49,692 nucleotides of DNA from a virus (taxonomy: Duplodnaviria > Caudoviricetes): the IMG/VR virus record IMGVR_UViG_3300049137_000083, positions 1 through 49,692 of that record; one strand, 5' to 3'. Positions 17,564 through 25,060 of this stretch are shown in pieces; within the stretch, counting starts at the first letter, position 1, and every line of letters begins with the position of its first letter. Both the position numbers and the translations under genes were made by a program. The notes beneath the pieces were generated by a model. The model did no database searches. It was given only the letters and a program-made list of their open reading frames with translations, and was not told the origin of the DNA.

Positions 17564-17848
17564 GGCCTCTCCACCCCCGCGAGCGGAGAGGCTGTTCAGT
17601 TGTGTGGTGCGTTGCGGTGGAATCCGGTTGATGAAGTTGTGGGCTTGAGCGGGGCCCTCGTCCCCCTCAGTCCGAGGGCCCCAGTGGGGGAATCAGGTAA
17701 GTGACTCGACCCCGGATCCCGACCTAATGCGCCACCCCAAGCGCAGTCGGGACGTTTGGAGTTGTCTTTCGTTTCGGCGGAGGGGAAGTCGTCGGCCTCG
17801 AACCTGCACCGCCTGCCGGATGAGTGCCGCCAGCGCGGCGGGGATGCC

Positions 17849-18136
17849 TCACCCCGCCTGCACAGGTCGGAGACGGTGCTCGTCGATCGAAACGACCTCA
17901 GCCGCCGGGTGGTAGGCCTTCCGGAGATAGGCGTCAATAGCGGCACGGGGGATCAGGATCTTGCGGCCGATCCGGTAATGCCCCAGTTCCGGATCCATCT
18001 CCACGGGCACACCGTCGACGATCCGGATGGGGATTTCGCAGAGGTCGTAGACCGTCTGCACGTTGACCTTCAGGAGCTTGGCGGTCTCAGCCGGCGTCAG
18101 CACCTCGTTAGGGACGTTCGCGTGTGTGTTCATCAT
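17849..18136 (-). CDS. excisionase-like HTH protein
   Basis: LTPAETAKLLKVNVQTVYDLC...YRIGRKILIPRAAIDAYL (HTH_17/Xis pattern). Confidence 0.85.
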   Translation of the reverse strand: MMNTHANVPNEVLTPAETAKLLKVNVQTVYDLCEIPIRIVDGVPVEMDPELGHYRIGRKILIPRAAIDAYLRKAYHPAAEVVSIDEHRLRPVQAG

Positions 18137-18372
18137 TTCTTCTCCCGGTAAAACAGGATCCTGACATCAACGTCAAGCAGCTTCGGGAGCTCGTAGATGA
18201 GCTCTGCCGAAGGGCTGTTCACGCCCTTACGCAGGCGATACACAGTCGTGGGGGTAGTTCCGATGGCATCGGCGCGCTTGACGTCGGTGTCCCAACCCTT
18301 TTCGCAGGTCAAGCGGACGAATAGTCCTTCATCGAGAAGGATCCGTCCCTGGGTTTCGCCGTCGGTTTGCAT
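18133..18372 (-). CDS. Cro-like XRE HTH regulator
   Basis: TDVKRADAIGTTPTTVYRLRKGVNSPS HTH; divergent from the repressor; leaderless (TAGGAT 6 nt before ATG). Confidence 0.8.
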   Translation of the reverse strand: MQTDGETQGRILLDEGLFVRLTCEKGWDTDVKRADAIGTTPTTVYRLRKGVNSPSAELIYELPKLLDVDVRILFYREKK

Positions 18373-18378
18373 ACCACG

Positions 18379-18408
18379 ATCCTAGATCTTCTCCAGAGAA
18401 GATTACAA
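18379..18408 (-). promoter_or_regulatory. early lytic promoter with operator palindrome in the spacer
   Basis: minus strand TTGTAA - 18 bp - TAGGAT; perfect ATCTTCTC-ca-GAGAAGAT at 18386-18403. Confidence 0.7.
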
Positions 18409-18623
18409 GGCTGTACGGGTCATACTTTCGGTCAACTTGCCAGGAGGATAGGGTGACCCGCCGAGAAGACGCGTGCTCTACCATTACATGCATGCAGGAC
18501 GTCAAAGCTCTCAAATCTTCCCCTGGGAATAGGGGCAGCGACAGGGAAACGGCAGGTCGCGGCCCATCAACGAGGTCAGACGGCCGGTCCCTGGCGCGGA
18601 AGGTGTCGACTAGAGTCGTACAC

Positions 18624-19106
18624 GTGGGTAATGATTTGAGCCGGAGTGACGCTGAACGTCGAGCTGACCTCTCCGCCTACATCACACACATCCGCACGCG
18701 CGCCGGGTACTCCACCGACGTCGAGCTGGCCGCCGCCATCCAAGAAGCCGGCAACCCGAAGTTCAACGCGTCCATCCTCTCCAAGTGGCGAACGGGCGCA
18801 TCAGACACCAGCATCGACAGTCTCAGATGGATCGCCCTGGTGTGCAAGGTCCCGCCCATCGACCTGTTTCTCAAGGCCGGCCAGATTCTTCCGAGCGACA
18901 TCGGTAGGAAGCCGGTCCACCCCGTATACGACGACCTTGCCGAACTGGAACTGGATCTCGCGGGCAGCCCCGTCAGAGAACTCCGGGAAGACGAGCTGGT
19001 CTACCTCCGGAGGCACGCTTCGTCTCTGCTGGCGGACGTCAGGAAGCGCTTCGTTGAGTTGACACAGGCTGCTGCGAAACCGCGTCGTCGACGGGCGGCC
19101 GGCTAA
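18624..19106 (+). CDS. immunity repressor (XRE HTH)
   Basis: TDVELAAAI...NASILSKWRTGASDTSIDSLRWIA HTH; divergent from cro, upstream of int; TAGAGT -10 at 18611-18616 supports a leaderless GTG at 18624. Confidence 0.75.
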   Translation: MGNDLSRSDAERRADLSAYITHIRTRAGYSTDVELAAAIQEAGNPKFNASILSKWRTGASDTSIDSLRWIALVCKVPPIDLFLKAGQILPSDIGRKPVHPVYDDLAELELDLAGSPVRELREDELVYLRRHASSLLADVRKRFVELTQAAAKPRRRRAAG

Positions 19107-19236
19107 ACCTGTAAATCATCCGAACGGATGAAGTCTTTCCGGTACCCATCGAACACCGTGTGTGACAACATGAGAAACCGACGGGTCCGCAACACCCCAC
19201 CCACAACCCCTAACCAGGGTGTGAGGAGTAGTTGCC

Positions 19237-19524
19237 ATGCCTACCCGCATCGTTTCTGCCGGACTCGGACTCAGCCTCATCTTCGCCACCTGTGAGACCT
19301 ACGGCGCCGCAACCGGAGAGACCATCCCCCAGCCTGTCCGCGTCTGGATGGTCGGGTTCACCTTGTCGATCGTGGTCATCGCCGCAACGCAGGTCATCCT
19401 CGAACGTCTCGACAACCTCAAGTCCACCAATGCCGTCATCCAGCGCGCTGACAGCGACTACGAGGAAACCAAGAAGCGTCTTCGCAGCGACGGGGACGTC
19501 ACCTACCTCTACCCCGAGGAGTAG
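19237..19524 (+). CDS. two-TM membrane protein upstream of integrase
   Basis: GAGGAG RBS, two hydrophobic segments. Confidence 0.65.
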   Translation: MPTRIVSAGLGLSLIFATCETYGAATGETIPQPVRVWMVGFTLSIVVIAATQVILERLDNLKSTNAVIQRADSDYEETKKRLRSDGDVTYLYPEE

Positions 19525-19526
19525 CC

Positions 19527-21122
19527 ATGCCCCGTGGTGGCAGAAAACAAGAAGATCTCGTCGAGCCGCAGACCCGCATGTTCCTCGGGTCAGACGGGCA
19601 GTGGCATGCTTTCATCCCGGTCGGGTTGAAGGCCAACGGCTCGGCCGACCGTCGGCACCGCCAGGCCCCCACTCAAGAGGAGCTCACCAAGAAAGTCCTC
19701 GAGGTCGAGCAGACCGTTGAACGCGGGGACATCGTGCTCGCGGCCAGGTCGCCGAAGTTCATCGACTGGCTGAACGAGTGGGTCACCGACATCGCGCCGA
19801 TCAAGGCCCGCTACAGCACTGTAGAGCGCTACAAGGTCGACATCCGTAACTACCTCGGACCGAACCTCGGCCAATGGCGGCTGACGGAGCTCCGTCACCA
19901 CCACTTCGCGAATCTTTACAAGAAGTTGCACGCAGACGGGCTCTCGCCCTCGACAATCCACAAGGTCCACCGGGCCGCCTGCGCAGCCCTAAACAAGGCG
20001 GTCCTGTTCGGCTCGGCCAGGACCAACCCGGTCCCCGCCGCGGCCGACGCGCTGCCGGATATCGACGTCGACGCCGTCGAGCCGCTCGACACCCACGAGG
20101 TGCAGGCGATCGCGAAGGAGCTTGGGACGCGACGCAACGGCGTCCGCTGGCTCCTAGCGATGCTCGGGCCCCGGCAGGGCGAGGTGCTCGGCCTGAAGTG
20201 GTCGGACGTCAACTGGGACACCGGCATCATCAAGATCCAACGCAAGCTCCAGAAACGCACCTACGAGCATGGGTGTGCGGACCCGCGGGCATGCGCGGCA
20301 CGGCGCTGCATTCCGGCCGGCGGCTGTCCGCTCAACTGCAGTTTGCGGCGGTGGGAGCATGGGTGCCTGGATGCAAGGGTGTGCGCGGCCAAGAAGTGCA
20401 ACCGGCCACTGTACCCCAGCGATGTCAAACGGGGTGTAACCGTGGAACCGTGCCCGACCGGGTGCACTGGTCATGAGCGGACGTGCCCCGAGCGCCGCCG
20501 CAGTGCCTGCTCGCGGGAGGCGCACCGCCAACCCTGTCCGGTCGACTGCACCGGGCACGCCCGCCACTGCCCCGAACGTAAGGGCGGGCTCCTCTTGGAG
20601 GAACCGGAGGAGTCTGCCGAGACCGAGGCGCGGCCCGGCCGGCGCAAGGGGCAGCGCAAGTCCAAGCGGGACTTGCGGCCGAAGTCGAAAGCGGGGGAGC
20701 GTCGGCTCCCGCTGCCAGCGTTCCTGATGGACGAGCTCCGTGAGCACCGCCGGGCACAGGAAACCGAGCGGGCCCTGGCGGGGTCGAAGTGGATGGGCCT
20801 TGACCTGATCTTCGCGACGCCGTTCGGGGCACCGATCCATCCGTTCACCGACTGGGAGGAGTGGGGCGAGATTCTCGACGCTGCTGGCGTGGAATACATC
20901 CACCCGCACGGCGCGAGGCACTCGGCGGCGACGTTCCTGGGTGCTGAGGGCATCGACCCTCTCGTGGTGATGGCGATCCTGGGGTGGTCGAGTCCGGACA
21001 TGGCGAAGCGGTACCGGCACATCCCCGACGCGATCTTGCAGGCCGCGGGGAACCAGCTCGGCACGGCGATGTTCGGGGATTTTGCTACGGGCGCTGCTAC
21101 GGGGCCATCGGACGGGTCGTGA
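19527..21122 (+). CDS. int: tyrosine integrase with Cys-rich insertion
   Basis: LGPRQGEVLGLKWSD (Arg box), PKS, HGARHSAAT, ILGWS...MAKRY; SAM-like core-binding domain; attP directly downstream. Confidence 0.95.
   Translation: MPRGGRKQEDLVEPQTRMFLGSDGQWHAFIPVGLKANGSADRRHRQAPTQEELTKKVLEVEQTVERGDIVLAARSPKFIDWLNEWVTDIAPIKARYSTVERYKVDIRNYLGPNLGQWRLTELRHHHFANLYKKLHADGLSPSTIHKVHRAACAALNKAVLFGSARTNPVPAAADALPDIDVDAVEPLDTHEVQAIAKELGTRRNGVRWLLAMLGPRQGEVLGLKWSDVNWDTGIIKIQRKLQKRTYEHGCADPRACAARRCIPAGGCPLNCSLRRWEHGCLDARVCAAKKCNRPLYPSDVKRGVTVEPCPTGCTGHERTCPERRRSACSREAHRQPCPVDCTGHARHCPERKGGLLLEEPEESAETEARPGRRKGQRKSKRDLRPKSKAGERRLPLPAFLMDELREHRRAQETERALAGSKWMGLDLIFATPFGAPIHPFTDWEEWGEILDAAGVEYIHPHGARHSAATFLGAEGIDPLVVMAILGWSSPDMAKRYRHIPDAILQAAGNQLGTAMFGDFATGAATGPSDGS
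21082..21103 (+). repeat. integrase arm-type sites, left
   Basis: TTGCTACGGGCGCTGCTACGGG, tandem TGCTACG; near-identical copy at 21342-21363. Confidence 0.75.
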
Positions 21123-21127
21123 AATGC

Positions 21128-21158
21128 GAAACGGCACTCCGCGAAGGAGTGCCGTTTC
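21128..21158 (+). terminator. terminator after int
   Basis: 13-bp perfect stem GAAACGGCACTCC-gcgaa-GGAGTGCCGTTTC. Confidence 0.8.
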
Positions 21159-21180
21159 TGCTGGTCAAGCTTGGTATGGC

Positions 21181-21229
21181 TGGTAGCCCGGGTGGGATTC
21201 GAACCCACACTGTACGGGTTTTGAATCCG
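21181..21229 (-). other. attP core = 3' half of tRNA-Leu(CAA)
   Basis: minus strand CGGATTCAAAACCCGTACAGTGTGGGTTCGAATCCCACCCGGGCTACCA: anticodon loop with CAA, T arm, acceptor 3' strand, CCA; no D arm or 5' half. Confidence 0.88.
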
Positions 21230-21341
21230 GCCGCACGAACCAGCTGGGTCCCTTCTGGTGTCGGCTGCTATCTATGACCAGCGGTTTCGCTTTCTCGGCT
21301 GGTTCAGATAGACCCAGTTGGACAGGCTGGAAACCAGGGAA

Positions 21342-21363
21342 TTGCTACGAGCGCTGCTACGGG
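21342..21363 (+). repeat. integrase arm-type sites, right
   Basis: TTGCTACGAGCGCTGCTACGGG, 21/22 identical to 21082-21103. Confidence 0.75.
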
Positions 21364-21689
21364 ACGCAAATTCCCGCGCCTGCAAAAACTGGCATACATT
21401 AGGCAACCCTAATCTCTAGCGCAGCGGCTCTTAAGAGAGTAAACAGAGGGAGGGCTCCTGGCCGTCGACGGGACCGCAACGTCATGGTCGGCTGGCTGGG
21501 AGCCCCCGCTCTCCCCGTCCCCTACCTCATCCCCGCCGGGGTCGCGGGCTGCCGGAACACATAGTGTCGCATGTCCGACACTTTCCGGTCCACCGTTGAC
21601 GGGGCTTCGTCGCACAAACTGTCCAAAGCCCGTTTACATAGTTACATAGAAATGTCTACGAAGCCCGCAACCTTTGGCCCCCGGACACG

Positions 21690-21725
21690 AAAAACCCGAC
21701 CGCGCAGGTAGGTTGCGCGGTCGGG
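21690..21725 (-). terminator. intrinsic terminator
   Basis: 12-bp stem CCCGACCGCGCA/TGCGCGGTCGGG followed by TTTTT on the minus strand. Confidence 0.7.
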
Positions 21726-21920
21726 CCCTCCATCCCGTTAGGGCGGAGCTTTGGGGAACCCGACCGTGTCATCTTCCGAACACGGCCGGGTTCCATTGCC
21801 CGGACCTCCCCACCGAGGGCCAGGCGGGCCGTCGCGTCCCGGGGGAGACGACGTCCCTGTGGGTCAGTCTGTGTGCGTCCAGCAGGACGCGCAGCGGACG
21901 ATATCTCATCTCCACCGACA

Positions 21921-21936
21921 TGTACAGGCCTGTACA
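21921..21936. promoter_or_regulatory. 16-bp perfect palindrome, candidate RHH operator
   Basis: TGTACAGGCCTGTACA 18 nt upstream of the RHH gene start. Confidence 0.6.
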
Positions 21937-21954
21937 GACCTCATCGTCTGTGGG

Positions 21955-22140
21955 GTGAGCGAATCAGTGGGCAGACAGATATCGATCTATGTCAGGGCGG
22001 ACGACCTCGAGTTGTGGCGGCGCGCCGAGGCGTATGCGCGCGACCGCCGGATGCCGACCAGTGGCCTCGTGATGCTCGCGCTCGAGCGCTACCTCGACGC
22101 GGAGGATTCTGAGGCCGGTAAGGGCGACGTGTCCCGCTAG
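21955..22140 (+). CDS. ribbon-helix-helix (CopG/Arc-like) regulator
   Basis: RQISIYVRADDLELWRRAEAYARDRRMPTSGLVMLALERYL beta-alpha-alpha pattern. Confidence 0.7.
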   Translation: MSESVGRQISIYVRADDLELWRRAEAYARDRRMPTSGLVMLALERYLDAEDSEAGKGDVSR

Positions 22141-22315
22141 CTATGGCCCGGCCGGTGTGCGGACACCGACCGGGCAGGACCCGTCCGCATACTTCACGAG
22201 CCCTCCGGGAAGCCCCGGAGCTTAGGCCCGGCCCCGCACGAGCCAGGCTCGTCCACCATCGCGGGGCCGGGAGAGTGGGCCGCCGCGCCACGTCAAAGCG
22301 CGGCGGCCCGGGAGG

Positions 22316-22552
22316 TCAGCTTCTGAACCAGACGCGCTCGCCTGGACGCGGCCTGGGGCGCGACGGCCGGCGGTGGGCATCGCGGATCGCCTGGGATTCG
22401 ACGTACGGCTGGCACTTGCCCGCAACGATTTTCCCGTTTCCTTCGCGGTAGCAGCCTTTGCACCACCACCCGCCCTCGGCGAGGTCGTGGTCCCGCAGGG
22501 TCTGCTTGGCCCACGCGGCTACGGAGGCGGACAGGTAGATGGCGGTGCTCAC
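22316..22552 (-). CDS. small hypothetical protein with CxxC
   Basis: GTGA-coupled; LRDH...WCKGC...C. Confidence 0.55.
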   Translation of the reverse strand: MSTAIYLSASVAAWAKQTLRDHDLAEGGWWCKGCYREGNGKIVAGKCQPYVESQAIRDAHRRPSRPRPRPGERVWFRS

Positions 22553-22785
22553 GCGGGCGCCCCGGTGATCGACTCGCGGAACTGTTCGAACGCATCGCGG
22601 AGTTCGATCCATGCGAGGGAATCTTTCGGGGCGTTGGCGCTCATGATGAGGCGCCCGTCGCGAACCATGCCGAGCCCAGTCCCGGTGTCGACCCGCTTGA
22701 GCCAGACCACTTCGCCAGCGAGACTGGTGACGGACTGGTCGGCTTCGACTTCAATGCCTCTCCAGGGGAACTGTCCGAGGATCAC
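22549..22785 (-). CDS. small hypothetical protein
   Basis: 78 aa, GTGA-coupled at both ends. Confidence 0.55.
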   Translation of the reverse strand: MILGQFPWRGIEVEADQSVTSLAGEVVWLKRVDTGTGLGMVRDGRLIMSANAPKDSLAWIELRDAFEQFRESITGAPA

Positions 22786-22925
22786 GGCACACCCCCGGTC
22801 TTGCGGAGGCGGTCGTGCCAGGCCTGCTCGGAGTGCGCCAAGATCTCAGCGAAGGACTGCGGGGGCCGCCAGCGGTGCAGGAGTCGGTGGATGACGACAA
22901 CGAATCGAGTGACAGCTGGAGTCAT
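22782..22925 (-). CDS. 47-aa hypothetical protein (MTPAVTRFVVVIHRLLHRW...)
   Basis: GAGGTG RBS, ATGA/GTGA overlaps fill the gap exactly. Confidence 0.5.
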   Translation of the reverse strand: MTPAVTRFVVVIHRLLHRWRPPQSFAEILAHSEQAWHDRLRKTGGVP

Positions 22926-23200
22926 CTCTGGTCACCTCGAAGGAAGGCCCCCAACGCGGACCTGAGTTCGTCACTGTCGACGGTGACGCCGGCAGCGAGG
23001 CGGAATCCCCAGCGGTCGCTGGTGGCGATTTCCGTTTCAGGTTCGGGTTTGACTCGGTCGAGGCGGGTGATGATGCCGTGCGACAAGGTGCGTCTGACCT
23101 GGATGGTCATGTTGTCGAACTGGAAAGTCCCCAGGACGCGGAGGGGGGTGTTCTCGCCTTGCGGTGTCTGGCCTTGGGCCATTAGGCTGGGTGGCGCCAT
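22922..23200 (-). CDS. hypothetical protein, divergent from the XRE gene
   Basis: 92 aa, GAGG RBS. Confidence 0.5.
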   Translation of the reverse strand: MAPPSLMAQGQTPQGENTPLRVLGTFQFDNMTIQVRRTLSHGIITRLDRVKPEPETEIATSDRWGFRLAAGVTVDSDELRSALGAFLRGDQR

Positions 23201-23426
23201 CAGAGCCTCATCTCTGGTCGGCGGGGGCGGGACGCCGAGCAGTTACCAAGCCGAATCGGCGCCCCGCCGTACTTCAGCCGCGCCAGCGAGTGGCGGCGGC
23301 CATACCTCGACGGTAGGACATCAAAAGCGTTGCGTGAAGGATGCCTGCAACTTTCAATTTGATGCCATCAGGCTGATGTGTCGCCGAGATACTTGATTTC
23401 ACCCTGAAAGATGTCAGACTGATGGG

Positions 23427-24260
23427 ATGTCTAGTTATCCTCGACATCTCACACGCGACCTTCTCGGCAAGCGGCTCAGGGAATTCCGGCAAGCAGCGGG
23501 CATGAGCCTCGCCGAGGCGGCAGAGAAGACCGACATCTCCGAGGCCAAACTCTCGAAACTCGAACGCGCCGTCAACAACTCCGTCAAGCTCCCGGACGTC
23601 TTCGCCTGCGCGCACGTCTACGGGCTCTCGCCCGAGGAGACGACCCACCTGACCGAACTTGCGAAGGGCGCCGACTCCCCGTCCTGGTTCCACCCGTATG
23701 ACGTGCCGCGTGAGTTCGCGAACTTCCTGGAGCTGGAGGGCGCGGCCAACAGCCTCCACATCTACCAGGACCAGTACGTTGACGGGCTCTTCCAGACCGA
23801 GCTGTACGTCGCGGCGCTGCGCGAGATGCGGCCCGACACGAAGGGCGGGCCTGACGACGGCCTCCGGATCGAGCGGCAGGACGCCGTCCTCAATCGGTCG
23901 ACGCCGCCGGCCATCGTGTACGTCACCGACGAAGCGGCCCTGCGGCGCGAGGTCGGCGGCCCCGAAGTGATGCGCGGGCAGGTAGACCGCCTCATCTCGA
24001 TGGACGAGCGCGACCACATCAACATCTACGTGATCCCCTTCGAGGCCGGAGCTCACCCGTCCATGCACGGTGCCTTCCGGCTCATGTACTTCGACGGTGT
24101 CTTCCCGGCGACGGTCTATCTAGAATCACTCCACGGGAGCCACTACGAGTCGGCCGAGAAAGATGTTCGGCAGTACGAAGGGGCCTTCCACCGGACGCGA
24201 CAGCCGAACCTGGCTGTCCCGATCAAGGAGTTCATGAATGGAAACTACAGGCTGGCGTAA
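23427..24260 (+). CDS. XRE HTH-DUF5753 regulator (Scr1/WhiJ-like)
   Basis: LGKRLREFRQAAGMSL...SKLE HTH; GLFQTELY, RIERQ, DEAALRREVGGPEVMRGQ, IPFEAGAH, VYLE motifs. Confidence 0.93.
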   Translation: MSSYPRHLTRDLLGKRLREFRQAAGMSLAEAAEKTDISEAKLSKLERAVNNSVKLPDVFACAHVYGLSPEETTHLTELAKGADSPSWFHPYDVPREFANFLELEGAANSLHIYQDQYVDGLFQTELYVAALREMRPDTKGGPDDGLRIERQDAVLNRSTPPAIVYVTDEAALRREVGGPEVMRGQVDRLISMDERDHINIYVIPFEAGAHPSMHGAFRLMYFDGVFPATVYLESLHGSHYESAEKDVRQYEGAFHRTRQPNLAVPIKEFMNGNYRLA

Positions 24261-24420
24261 GTCCAGCAGGAGCAGCAATTCGGGGGACCAGAACTGCGTC
24301 GAGGCCCGCCGGGACGAGCGATCGTTCCAGGTCAGGGACTCGAAGCTGGGCGAAAGGTCCCCGATCTTCGACCTCGACGCCGAGGAGTTCGCGAGCCTGT
24401 TGGGCGCCGCCCGGCGATAA
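24238..24420 (+). CDS. DUF397 protein (Scr2/BldB-like)
   Basis: WRKSSRS...NCVEA...VRDSK signature; AAGGAG RBS overlapping the XRE gene end. Confidence 0.93.
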   Translation: METTGWRKSSRSSNSGDQNCVEARRDERSFQVRDSKLGERSPIFDLDAEEFASLLGAARR

Positions 24421-24478
24421 CCTCTGGCCCCACCAGCGGCAGACCGGACGACGCCTTCTCGGCTTGGTAATGAACAGC

Positions 24479-24515
24479 GTAGCGGCCCGCCCCGACGAAT
24501 GGGGCGGGCCGCTAC
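24479..24515 (+). terminator. terminator hairpin
   Basis: 15-bp perfect stem GTAGCGGCCCGCCCC/GGGGCGGGCCGCTAC. Confidence 0.7.
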
Positions 24516-24581
24516 GTGCTTGGGAAGACTGATTCACCCGTCGTTGTTGCATAACTTATGTAAGTCATGTAGTGTCGACGC

Positions 24582-24983
24582 ATGGACACGATCAAAGCCT
24601 CCGAACTCCCACGCAAGGCCGCCGAAGTCCTCCAGGCCGTCCGCACCGGAGGCACCGTGGTCATCACCCACTACGGCAAACCCATCGCCCAGATCACGCC
24701 CTACGAGGAGCCCGCCATGCCGACCGTCACCGCCGAAGTCCTGCGCGAGCTGTCTGAGGTCGACGCCCGCCGAGAGAGCGGCGACGCCTACCGGATGGTT
24801 CTCGCGGTCGACACCGATGGGGACTTCGACATCCTCGCCCGTGGCGACGCAGAGGACCGCGGCTTCCGCATCGTCACCGATGCCGGGGCCCTGGAGGCAT
24901 ACGTGGGTGGCGAAGAGGACGAGCACACCGAGGACCTCTACGCCTCGTTTGCCGACGAGCTGAACACCGAGTTCAACCGCTAG
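24582..24983 (+). CDS. Phd/YefM DNA-binding domain fused to an acidic C-terminal domain
   Basis: MDTIKASELPRKAAEVLQAVRTGGTVVITHYGKPIAQITP is a Phd N-domain; TAGTGT -10 at 24570-24575 (leaderless). Confidence 0.8.
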   Translation: MDTIKASELPRKAAEVLQAVRTGGTVVITHYGKPIAQITPYEEPAMPTVTAEVLRELSEVDARRESGDAYRMVLAVDTDGDFDILARGDAEDRGFRIVTDAGALEAYVGGEEDEHTEDLYASFADELNTEFNR

Positions 24984-25060
24984 ACACGACAACGGGCAGC
25001 CCGGTTCACCGACCAAAGTTCCCCGGGCCGCCCTCTCCCATCCGAAACAGGAGTAAACCA

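Noticed and set aside
17596-17946. 116-aa ORF downstream of xis
   Set aside because: overlaps xis, no RBS, poor composition, runs through several hairpins
21181-21229. functional tRNA-Leu gene
   Set aside because: only the anticodon loop to CCA is present; no 5' acceptor strand or D arm, so it is the attP core
18624-21229. integration-dependent immunity (attP within the repressor gene)
   Set aside because: attP lies downstream of int, not in the repressor ORF
23427-24420. classical toxin-antitoxin pair
   Set aside because: often annotated that way, but characterised XRE/DUF397 pairs behave as regulators, and the sequence shows no toxin motif
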